From Euprymna scolopes (Eukaryota): a DNA stretch of 64,000 nt. A program made the translations under genes and the position numbers. This document shows positions 38,651 to 50,225 of this stretch, piece by piece. The notes beneath the pieces are model-generated. The model had not been told where the DNA came from, made no database searches, and saw only the letters and a program-made list of their open reading frames with translations. Every line of letters begins with the position of its first letter. Position 1 is the stretch's first letter. Where the stretch lies: assembly GCA_053919585.1 (NCBI GenBank), contig CM132785.1. One strand, 5' to 3'.

Positions 38651-40814
38651 TTTATTTTCTTTCTTAACTCATCTCCTCTTTCAAATTTTTGAAAGTCACT
38701 TGTGCTTTAAGAGTTATATAAAGGAATTATATATTCCACGGAAAATACAACACACGTCATACGAATAACAATAATTGCATTCGCGTTTCAAAGTAGCACA
38801 ATATAATCTTCATAAATCTAACTGATGGAAATGGAAAATATTAAAATCATCATAAATAAACCAATTAACCTAAAAATGAAAATATACGAAACATTGGTGG
38901 TAATAATTTTGCAATAAATAATTAATAAATAATTCGCAGATTCGAATCAAAAGCATTCCAAAATATGTTTAAACACATGGATGTAAATATATTTAATATA
39001 TTTAAAATGGCTTTCAAATCCGAAACCTAATCAAATATACAATGCCCACATTAGTAAATCGACAAACATTTAAATTATATAACCATCCATGTTCACATAT
39101 CTAGAAATACATTGAATATAATAAATATAGTAAACACATTAGCTAACACTACGTGCATAATAAATTGTAGCGTTTGGAATCTTGAAAAAAAACACTCTAT
39201 ATATCCTTATATAGTAGCTGTGTTACTTCTGAATTTTCCGTCCAGAGAAACGCCTCATAACTAAAAAAAAAAAAAAAAACGCATGCCCAATTACAGTAAG
39301 AGATATGTTAAAAACCCATAATTTCAGGTCTCGAACCTCATCGATTCTAATAATATTGTGGATAGATACGTTTTGATCAGATTCACATTTTTCCCTAAAC
39401 AAATAATTTGTTGTTTTCTACTGATTTCATTATAACGCCGTTTAGCTGCGCCGCAATTTCTGAACAAAATTTTTGCTTGCGTATGTGATTGTGATGGGGT
39501 TGGCCAACATGTCTTGTACACCATCTTGTTATTGTGGCTTTTCTGCTTTCCATCACTGAGTGGAGGAGATATTGCTATTTTATGTACTAGATATTATACA
39601 GTTTTGCTAGGAAAAACTGGTCCATCTATTTCAGGGCACCTCTATTGTGTTCCAAGGTCTCACAGGCATATAGTAGGTTTGAAATTATAACTGTATTGGT
39701 GGGCAAGACCTTGGTAGATAGCGTCAGCAATTTATTGCCGAATACTCTTTTTATGAAGTTTCCACATAATGCGTAAGCAGTTCTGATTAAGCTTTCAATA
39801 TATTTTACAACTCTACATGTTAAAAGCTCTAGTCCTCTTATACAGTGGCGAAGCAAGGCGCAGGGGAGACACGTGCCATGGGGGTGGCATTTTGAGAGGG
39901 TAAATAAAAATAAATCAAAGCAAAAAACTCTGAAATTTTATACCGAACAGCTTGTAAAAACCCCGGGAATTTAGGGATATCGGAATTAGAAAAACTTGCG
40001 CCTACATTAGGAGCGTCAAACGTCAGGGGCGGCATTTTGAGAGGTTAAAAGTGCAAAATAGAAAATATATAAAAAGCTAACAAAAAATCAATTTTACTGA
40101 AAAATTGCAAAAATCGGAATATTTGAAGATGGCGGAATCAAATTTATGTGTCCCTAGTTTACAACCGACTCATATCAGGGGGCGTTATTTTGAGAGGTTT
40201 AAAATAGAAAATAGAAAAAATAAAATTAATAAAAGCTACCATAAATGTGGAAATTTTAACCGAAAATGCTGTAAAAAAAATCAGAACATTAGGAGGTATA
40301 GGAATTTGAAAAATGTGTCCTTAATTTTCGATTCCCAAATGTATAGTTTTACATTTTTAAATTAAATTTTAATTATCGGTTCTAATGATAAATATTTGTT
40401 TGTTAATTATCGGTAAAACTAAAATGCTAATAGCATCAAAATACGATGTAAACTTTTTTGTGAACCAACGTTTTTAAAAAAAGTAACGTTTCAAAGAAAG
40501 CATTGATTTATGTTCCAGAAAATGTTGAAAAATACAACAAAACATTTTTGTCAAACAAATATTTTCAAACATCACTGATAATTAAATGATACAGCGGAAA
40601 ATTAGCAAGAGAAAATTACGTAATTTAAGAATTGTAGAGACAATAAGCAAGTACAGAATAAAAATCAACTGTAAACAGAATTTATGATCGTCATATCAGA
40701 GGATATAATTTTAAATGAGAATTAAGCGCTAGACCGGAAATACTATTTAAGTGGCTTTCTATTCGATAGTTTAAATGGAGAGTAGATAATACAGTGGATG
40801 TGTTATCGCCAGAT

Positions 40815-43800
40815 CCAGTAACTCTCGCTTCTCCTTTTTTGTCCCTCAGTCCTCATGCAAATGAATGATTTTTCTGACAAAGGGTGAAGAAGCTGCTTTA
40901 AAGATCGGTAGTACTTGGTTAACAGTAGTCTGAGGTGTCAGAAATTTTCTATCTCTATGTATATTCGTGTGGCCATGTCACTCGTAAGGGTTCTGGGGTA
41001 AACGTTTTGTCTGGGCTGACGTTATCCGCCTGATTATCAGGGACCCGAACATTGGATTAACCACTAAGGAGGATGTCCTATCAGCAGGCGCAAAGTACTG
41101 GGACTGCTGTAGTGCTTTTTGGTGAATGGATTCTTGACCATGCAGTAATCTCTGGTGGGGCCTCTCGATGCCATACTAGTGGGTAATTGTTACGGCTTTA
41201 CGTTTTCATGTGCTACAAAAACAAATTTGTTCCTGTCTTTTTCTCTTACTTTCCCTCTTACTTCCCTCTCTGTACTGCTCTAACCAAGTATGCCGACCTG
41301 TTCTATAAACCCCAAAACCTCAACATGAATGATCTCCAGAAAAAAAACACTCGAATACACCTAGAAGCCCATATTCCAACGTAGGCCCGTACTACCCGGT
41401 CCCCTTCTCCAACATCAGGGATCTACGCTTCAACCTTTCAGAGGTTGAAACCCAATTACAGGAGACGAAAGCGGACATATTCTTTCTAAGCTAAACTGGA
41501 ATAGGGCCGACAACTTCCCTAGATGAGTTCATAATTGACGGATACTCTACCTTACCAACTAAATCTGACCCCCAGGATCGCCATGGACATGGAATATGTG
41601 CCTGCATTAAAGATGGCTACCCGTGTGGAGGGAGATCTCCTAGAGAAGATCCTAATTTACCCTATATGAGCTTCCGGGTTGCACTTTCTTACACCCCTGC
41701 ATTTATATTTGCACTCTATTGGCCCCATAACAGCGGAGTTACTATCTTTAAGAGTATATCTAAGAAAATAGACCACATCCTGTCGGCATATCCTTAGGCT
41801 ACCATCTACATCTGTGGTGACTTCAACGTCCATAACGTGGAATGGCTGACCCATTCAAATAAGGCCGACGACGAGGGGAGGTTTTGTCATCATTTTGCCA
41901 TTGCTTATGACCTCACCAAGATTGTTCGCGAACCCAACCGTGTGCCCGATACTACTGGTCAATATGCAAGCCTCCTAGCCCTTTTTCTCACAACTTCCCC
42001 TAAGCTATGTTCATGTTCCTGTTCCGTTCATTCTCCTTTAGTATCCTCTGACCACTCCGTCGTATCAGTTTAGATAAAAACGAAATGTAAGTCCCCAGAC
42101 GTACCCCTCCACCGTACTGTATACCGATACTCTATGGCTGACTTGGACAGCTTCCGTACATTCATATCTCATTTACCTCTGCACTCCATGTTTAAAAGGA
42201 TGTGCCCTCTATAGTATCAAATATGACCTAATGGTTTATTGTAGGCATATACCAATTCATACCATGTAAAAATTTTTTTTAAAAACCTAACACCCAGGCA
42301 TGGTACTCCCCAGAATGTGCTGCTGCTATCGCGCACAGAAATCACTTTTTCCATAGCTAACAAGGTAATAGATACACTGAGACGAAAGCTGCGTTCAGGA
42401 ACGCCAGCAACCACTGTAAAAGAGTAATAAAAATGCAAGAGAGCTATATGTCCAGTCTGTTAAATCCAAGTAGCTGAGCAGCTACTTGGTTCCCACCAGT
42501 TTTGGCAAATAACAAATAGGATCCTGAACAGATTTGTGCGTTATATCCCAACCATAACCAATGGACAAGAGGTCATCTCGTCAGCGTCAGACAAGGCCAA
42601 ACTATTTGCAAAAGAACTTTGCAGCTAATTCTACCCTATGCGACGAAGGCCATCAACTCCCCATATATTCTCCTGTAATACAGAACACGATAGTTAAAAT
42701 ACAAATATGTGTTCATGAGGTCGCCGAGCTTATCAAGAACCTTGATTCCAGTAAAACAACTAGCCCTGACGGCATCCCAATTATAGTGTTAAAAAAGCTT
42801 CAACCAGTACTTGCTCCCATACTTAGGAAACTGTTTAAGCGTTGCCTTAAGGAGAAATGCTTTCCGACTCCCTGGAAGACCTCATCAGTATGCCCTGTAT
42901 TAAAGAATTCAGGTGATAAGTCATCTCCCTCTCAGTACAGGCCAATAAGCCTCCTGTGTGTTATGAGTAAGTTGCTGGAATCGATATTAAATAGAAAAAT
43001 AGTCAACCACCTCAGCAGAACCACTCTTCTTAGTGACACACAATATGGTTTCCGTTCTGCAAGATCTACCGCAGATGTGCTAACGGTTATATCTCACACG
43101 ATTAGTGAATCTCTTGACAAAGGCTTCCTTTCTAGGGCAGTTGCTCTTGACATATCAAAGGCCTTCGACGAGGTATGGCATAAGGGCATACTTCACAAGA
43201 TTTCCAGCTTCTGTATAACTGGAAATATTTTCTTAATCATTAAATTATTTCTCTCCGAATGGCTCATAAGAGTAGTGGTCGATGGACAAAAATCGGAGGC
43301 CTGCAGTGTTAATGCTGGAGTCCCTCAGGGGTCACTCCTGGACCCAACTCTCTTCCTGATCTACATCAATGACCTCCCTAAACACATACTTAAATAATTC
43401 GTTGACATCTATGCTGATTACACGACTATCTACGGCAACACATCAAGGCTGTAAATGATAAAATGCTCTCTGATGCTCTCTCCTCTGATCTCGAGCGCGC
43501 GGTACAGTGAGCGAAGACGTGGCTGGTTACCTTTAATGCATCCAAAACAAAACTCCTATCCTTACATCATCAACGTTCTGATCTTCATCTGACATCAATT
43601 GAAATGGATGGCTCTCGTCTAGGAGAAACCCCTTGTTTTGACAAGCTTCTGGGTTTGACCTTTACTCCTGATTCGAAATGGAACACGTACATCAAGTCTG
43701 TTGCCAAGGTCGCTGGAAAGATGGTGGGATCCTTCTACGTTTCAAGAAGATATCTCACTACTGATACAATTCTCTATCTCTATAAAAGCCAAGTACGTCC

Positions 43801-44348
43801 AAGGATGGAATACTGTTGCCATATCTGGGCAGGAGCTGTTAAACACAGCCTATCCTGCCTTGACAGAGTACAGAATAGACTTCGTGGGGGATGCCCTTTT
43901 CTCTACCCTGCAACCTCTCTCCCACAGAAGAGACGTTGCGAGCATATCCTTGTTTAATTGTTATTCCCATTGCAGGTGTTCCTCTGAACTCACATCTCTG
44001 GTCCCCCCTCGCCAATCTTTCACGAAAAACACCCGTCTAGCTGAATCCACTGTGAAAAATTTCCCCCGCTCTTTATCTCTGCCTAAATCAAAACGCGGAT
44101 TCCATGAACAAAGCTTCTTTCTTAGAATTGCACGCCTGTGGAACTCTGTTCCGTCTGTCTGTTTCCCACCTGGCTACAACTTGGATGTCTTCAAGCCCAA
44201 CATTTACAAATTCTTAATAAACCGCCCCCTTAAGTAAACACTTCATCAAATCTCCACATTAGCGTACTCTACTTGCAATAACCCTTATCTCTGAGTTGCT
44301 TCTGGGCCTTGATAATAGGGGGCCACAGTGTAAAAAAAAGGAAAAAAA
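40815..44348 (+). mobile_element. Near full-length single-ORF CR1/L2-group LINE (APE endonuclease plus reverse transcriptase), disrupted
   Basis: APE: FSNIR.LR.N..ADIFFLS, ICGDFNVHN, SSDHSVV. RT (ORF 42561-43397 and following fragments): SPDGIP, YRPISLL, QYGFRSARST, LDISKAFD.VWH, GVPQGSLL.PTLFLIYINDL, YADYTT, RPRMEYCCHIW. Short 3' UTR and A-rich tail; several stops and frameshifts. Confidence 0.95.
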
Positions 44349-46404
44349 TGCCGAGTTTCTTTCAAGTTTCGTACAATTACGGACTAAATGTTTTTTTCAC
44401 AATCTATTAACACAATTTCATAATCACTGACTAACTTATGATTAAACAGAAATTTATTATGAATTTATTCTGATAATAGTTTATTTTTTTACTTTTTTAT
44501 TAATATAATAATTGTTAAAGGTAGGACAAGAAAATCTTAAAAAGCGTGCCTTACTATGAAAACTCGACTGACTTGCTTCTAAATAAGAGTAAATATTTAA
44601 CCGTATGTATATTTCTGTGAGACGCATTTGAATACTATGTACGTTAACAATTGTCTTCGACTCAATCTCTATTTTACATTTATTCCGCATGTTTAATTTT
44701 CATACCTTGCCAGAATTAGTTTCCCGGTGTCTAAATTTCCTAAAATAATTAGATTAAAATAAAAATATAAAAAGTGAGTTTTAATGTTTTTATTAATTTG
44801 GGATTTTACTCGTTTTTTTGCTTTAATTATTTTGTGGATTATGCCCAATGTCCTTTTAATTTTTCTTTACTTGATTAAAAATAATATTAAAAAAAAACTA
44901 AAGATGCATTTCTCTTGTAAAATAAAACCGATTTTCTTCGTCATTAGTTGTCAAAGTGTTATTTGGATATTTTGGAAACAATTGAAAATTATTATCTATT
45001 GTTATGCTAAATTAAACGCTATAGGAACAGATTAGGTACCAAATTCCTTTCTCCATTTTAGTCATGAAGTGCTAAATAACATAGTTACTATATAGAAAAC
45101 AATTCTTAACTTCGGAACAGATGTGAATGCATTTTTAACTATTCTACATGTTCTCTCTACCAACGAATGTTACAGTGTTTACCCTAATCATAAATATTTG
45201 TCCGGTTATTACTACTGACAATGTCATGAATATGTAGTTTATTTGTTTGCTTTTATGCAAAAAAAAAAAACAAAACAAAAAAAAAACTAAACAACAAAGA
45301 AAATACAATAATTATAATAGAAATACTTTTTACAAATATTGTGAGAATTTTAGATTAATACGCTTAGCTAATTTTTTTATTCGACTTTCCGTTTGTATTA
45401 TACGATTGCATATAGATCCCTTGAAATTCTTGTCGGAAAAACCACAACTATTTTTTTTTAATTTATACTTCCGTACATTAATTTAACCTAAAATGATGAA
45501 TACTCATCATTTCCTGCCTACACTATCGTTGTAGAAATGTTCACTAAGCCGAGGTCTGGCTGGCAAAGTTGTAAAACTATGAGAAACCCTCCTAAAAAAA
45601 AAATTACGACTAAAGAATGTATTTCCATAATTTAAATAATAATTTTGGATCAGTGTTCGAAAATGGTACAATGTCTCTGAAATGGAAACTAATTTTACGT
45701 CCAATTAATATTGAAGCGGATCACCCTAAATTCTTAAATAAATGTTTTGTTTGTTTATTATTCTGCCAAGAATGTAATAGTGTTAACGCGTAATTACCTA
45801 AAGAATAGAATATTTTTATTAGGGAAGGGTGACCTAGCTGAGAGAATCAATATACTTCTACTATTACTACTACTACTACTACTTGTAATTCATATATAAG
45901 TTTAAATGTGAAAAAGAATAAAACGTTATTTAAATAGTAATTCCTTCTTTTTTAATCTCTAAAAGAGTGTGTGTATTTAGAATGTATTTCCGGAAATCGA
46001 CTAACATTTAATATTGGGAAAATGTCCATGTCTTTCAGTTGACACAAACCACCCAAAGGTTTTAAGTATTCACTAGTAGTCTCAATATAATTGATTCTAT
46101 ACCAGCCAAGCTTAATTTTACAATCAGGCCACAGATCTGGTGTGCAGAAACGAATCTCTGAAATCAACTCAAAAGTTCTATTTGTCTATAGAGAGAGAAC
46201 TTGTGGATGGAGGGATTTTTTATTGTTCCTGGTAACATAGCCGAAAAAAGCGCGAAATGTTTGTGAATTATCAACCGACTTGCGATAGTTCTTACAAAAA
46301 TAAATTATAGCCTTATTTTATTCATAAATACATTTATTTGAAATGAAGTAAAACTATTTTAGAAGGATTGAACCATTAACAACAATAGATTTCTCAAATA
46401 TCAC

Positions 46405-46950
46405 ACTTAACCCGAGCTATTAGACACATTGATTTCAAAATACACGAATACTAGACTTTTTTCTTTTTCTTTCAGGAGGCCTGGTCTCTTAATAAGAACA
46501 TTATGAAGAAAAGAAAGGAAAATTACATCGGACTGTCTTCTCCGTGATACAGCCATGTGTTTTGTGAGAATTCGGAGATAACAAAACAAAGTAAATAAAA
46601 ATGATTTAATTGTTTCTTAACCTTTTCATGTTTGCAAATATTCTCATTTAAATTTATAAAAAAAGTTTTCTTTAATGTGTGACCTTCCATTTCTTAAATT
46701 TTACGCTTAAACCGAGCGATTACAAAGACTTTTCAAAAAGTGCTGATACAAGACGTTTTGTTTTTCTCTTCGAGGGGCTCGACCTCTTAATTATGAAGAA
46801 ATAAAAAAGAAAACCACATAGGACTATACTCTTTTTGATACAGCCATGTTATTTGGCGACAATTTGGAGTTTAACAACAACACCAATAAATAAAATTATT
46901 TTATCATTTCATTATATTTTCAGGGTTCCAAATATTCTCCTTTATATTTG
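46405..46950. repeat. Diverged ~300-bp tandem duplication inside the hAT element
   Basis: Blocks ACC.GAGC.ATTA, CTCTTAAT, TTATGAAGAAA, TGATACAGCCATGT and CAAATATTCTC each recur about 290-300 bp apart. Confidence 0.8.
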
Positions 46951-48397
46951 TTCGTCTAGGCAATTCATTAAATTTTCACTTTTTTTATAATTCTAATCAT
47001 GATATTGTGTTGGAAAAATATTTAGTTTCATTTGGGTCATGTAACGTTTACATTATTCCCTTCAGATTAATGTTTACATTCTTATTATTCAAATTATTGA
47101 AGAGAAATAGTTATAGAAAATTAAAATTTTAAAAAGGATAGTTGTGTAAATATTAATCTGAAGAGAATTGTGGAAAAATTAGTTCACTGAAAATAAATAT
47201 TTTAAATGCTTTTTAAAATTTTGCAGGTTTAAATTGGTAATCCTATGCCAGCAGTGGGGGGGCAGATAATGATATTACAGTGGAGGTTGAAAACAGGAAA
47301 ATATATGCCAGCGGGGATGGGAGGGGCAAGCAGCTATGTATATCCCAGCGGGGGGGGGTGACAAGTAATTTACGCCGAGAGTGGGGGGGGGCAAATTTTA
47401 CGACCTCTCCGGGCGGTAAAACTGATGCTACGCCACTGCCCATATAATTACTGTTTCTCAAGAAATGTTGGTTTTCAAGTTGAGGTTTCAGATTTAGTTT
47501 GGTCTTTAAAATTTTGATGCTGAGGCTATTTTGCGTATAACCTCTAAGAAAAATGCCTGTCGTAGACTGTAGATACTTTAAACTATAGGCTATGCTTTAG
47601 TTGCCATCATCATTTGGCATCTAGATGATTGAAATATGGGTTATACGTGTTCTGGACTTCCTGGGGACAAGGTTAAAAAGGGTGCCGGATATACAGTATC
47701 GTAGTGCAATTCCGGGGTATTTTTCCAGTTTTTTTTTAGTAGTGCCGCAGTATAATAGTGAGAAGTGTTGTAGATAGCCCGCAAAATCTTTTAATGTCCT
47801 CGTAATGGAGAATAGATCTTAAAGGCTAATTTGGTATTGTACGCGGCACATCATTTAAATATGAAGATCTTTTATATTTGAGGATCATTTTGTTGGACAG
47901 TTAAATCGTTCAAGCATTTGTCGCATGTCTGTCCTTGGCACGCTGTCAAAGGTTTTGTCTAAATCATAGAATATGATGCCAGTATTGTCTGTGTTCTTTT
48001 AATTTATACTTGGTATTCCTGAAAATAAAACTACTGGTTCCCCTTATTAAACTTAAATCAACACACTCTTCAAGAAGGAACGTTTTTCGATAGAGAAATA
48101 AGCGGTTAAACAAGAGTCTAGCAAGTCTATTTTCTTTTCATGCAGTTTGTTAAACTAGTTATTTTAAATGGATTTATGAAACCATTTATCGGGTGCAACA
48201 TTCGCCTTCCCAATTTTACAAATTATTGATCATTTTGTTATATTTTCTTATTAAAAGTGAGTCTTGGAGTCTTAGAGAGAGTTTTATTAAGACTGATTTT
48301 GTGAGAATCTTAGAGAGAGGAATGTTGTTGTGAGAGATGTTGTAACAAGAGAGATTGTGTGTTATAAAAAATGCTGCTGTTTCCGCCACGAAGAGAC

Positions 48398-48445
<48 letters not shown>

Positions 48446-48607
48446 GTTTTTAACTAGACGTGTAGAAATGTAAAAGAAGCTCTTTGTGAGGAGATAGTGT
48501 TCAGACAGTCTTAGTGTTGATATGAGATGTCGAGACGTGTATGTGCAAAGACACCCCAAACCACATGGCACACAATACATACAATAAAAACCTTCACCCC
48601 ACCCCCT

Positions 48608-49260
48608 TGTAGAACTACAACACAAAGACGACGTCTACAAAAACACATCCAGACCGGCCGTGGTTTTCTGAGTCAAGAATTCAAAGCTTCACATTATAAG
48701 TTTCAAAAGTTACCATCTCGCTTCTAGACGTTCGAATATCCATGTCTGGACTGTCGTCTGTCGTCCCCAGACTCTCTCTGACTCTCCATTCACTTAACTC
48801 TAAAGTTTTCTAACTATATCGAAAACTTCCCATTTTCCATGACGTCATACACATGTTAAAACATGTCTTCTTTCACGTGTTCTGGACATGCGTGCCCAAA
48901 ATTTTTCCGTTGTTTACAAAAGGAATTTAACCTATATTCCCAGTAACCTATTTTTACAATATGTTAAAAAAAATGTTTATTAAATTATCTTGTATAGTTG
49001 CATTCCTCAATTGAATTTTTCATAACAAAATTGACAACTCACATTCTTTTATTGAAACTATTTTATCTCTAAGCTAAACAATGGCTTGTTTTACATTCCG
49101 TTTTCTAATTCTCTCTCGTAATCTATTTCTAAACCTAATTTACGAGGTTCGAATTTCGTCTATTATATTTCATTTTCATTTAAACTAAATCTCTCTTTGT
49201 TTATACTTACATGAAAAGGGGAGAGCCATTATCGTGTAACACTTTTAAATGAGTAATATC
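48608..49260 (-). mobile_element. Solo-LTR-like repeat (paralog of 5513-6110)
   Basis: Colinear similarity with 5580-6115; candidate termini TGTAG..TAACA (49241). Confidence 0.55.
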
Positions 49261-49269
49261 TGTTAAAAA

Positions 49270-50200
49270 TATAGTAAAATTACTCAGCCGGCATGTTTTT
49301 ATTTTTGATGTTTGGTAAGGTATTTAGTAATTTTCGATCCATTCCCATTACAATGTCATGATTAAATGTGCTAGAAATTAACGTTAAATTGGTCTTACAT
49401 TATATATCTGATTTCCTATAAATAGAACACTAATGTAACGGCAATTAAACAATTCTATAAACAGGTGAATATCATAGCAGCCCTATTTTGATTCCATTCA
49501 TAGTCTAGATCATGCAATAGTTTTTGATGAGTACTCTAGATTGTCTTTTTCGACTTCTATAGGTTTTCCTAATTCTAAGTAAACATACTTCCCAACACAT
49601 CCTCACACATCCCAACTATTATAAAAGCGTTTACCGATAACCTTAATGTCGTAAACAAAGCCCACTAGGTTCCTTTTACCAACACTAAAGGACAACATTG
49701 TAAGTTTTCGTAGGTTCAATTTATTTAAGGAAGAGTGCTACATACTTGTTTTATGATTTGTGAAAGTAGCATCAGTTAATCGGCACGTATATTTCTGTAG
49801 ATGATTTGTGCGGTAAGATTACTGGCAGAGATTTTATAACGTAACCGTCCATGTTTGTAAAAGAAATGCTCGGCTATGTAAGGGACGGATATTCATTTAA
49901 ACGGATAAGACACCACAGAAAAACATAATTGCCATGTGTTTCCGAGTAGAACATATTCACAGCCCAGCATTAATAGTTGCGCTTTACCCTCTTCTCATGA
50001 GGTCGTTACTGTTTTTGTCACCTTAAGAAAATCGACCATATGCTGCCTGCTTATTCCCCTGTCAACATTAATGCATGTTACAGATTTATGTCCACAATGA
50101 TGCTGTCATCTCAAACGCGATGATGTGAAATTTGTAACGAATTCTCCGTTTTTCTGATCTAAAACAGATCAGTGACAAACGTAATTAAATACCCAAAGCT
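49270..50200 (-). mobile_element. Penelope-like remnant (C-terminal RT and GIY-YIG); possible 5' part at about 55150-56050 beyond the Gypsy insertion
   Basis: Degraded motifs resembling LDFL.V, RA..ICS and C..Y.G.T on the minus strand, and a YDGTSLL (F-D-V-T-S-L-like) motif near 55665. Confidence 0.35.
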
Positions 50201-50225
50201 GACAAATATTTTTCAAGTCGACTTC

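Larger units (their letters stand above)
39843..47438 (+). mobile_element. hAT-superfamily DNA transposon derivative carrying a nested LINE
   Basis: TIRs CAGTGGCGAAGCA and TGCTACGCCACTG (12/13 match). Flanking 8-mers CTCTTATA and CCCATATA (6/8, decayed 8-bp TSD). Three ~150-bp subterminal repeats GGGGCGGCATTTTGAGAGG (39881, 40026, 40178). Possible TTF zinc-finger remnant LNGE*IIQWMCY at about 40778-40810. Confidence 0.75.
39330..48000 (-). mobile_element. RTE-clade LINE remnant split by a 7.6-kb insertion (arms about 39330-39842 and 47439-48000)
   Basis: 5' arm: FYDLDKTFDSVPR..LERFNCP and SLSIKILKTK. 3' arm: KRVFGNKLLTLSTKV..ISNLLYACET. The two arms are in the expected domain order. Confidence 0.8.

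Noticed and set aside
38700-39300. Upstream cathepsin exons (RGIYNS, CGHCIF-like words on the minus strand)
   Set aside because: Short chance-level matches without supporting splice sites or open frames.
39880-40330. Regularly spaced GGGGCGGCATTTTGAGAGG repeats as a CRISPR array
   Set aside because: Only three units, the spacers are homologous to each other, there are no cas genes, and the position is hAT-subterminal.
42561-43397. 278-aa RT ORF as a retron, DGR or group II intron RT
   Set aside because: Flanked by an APE domain, LINE C-terminal motifs and an A tail; it is a fragment of a eukaryotic LINE.
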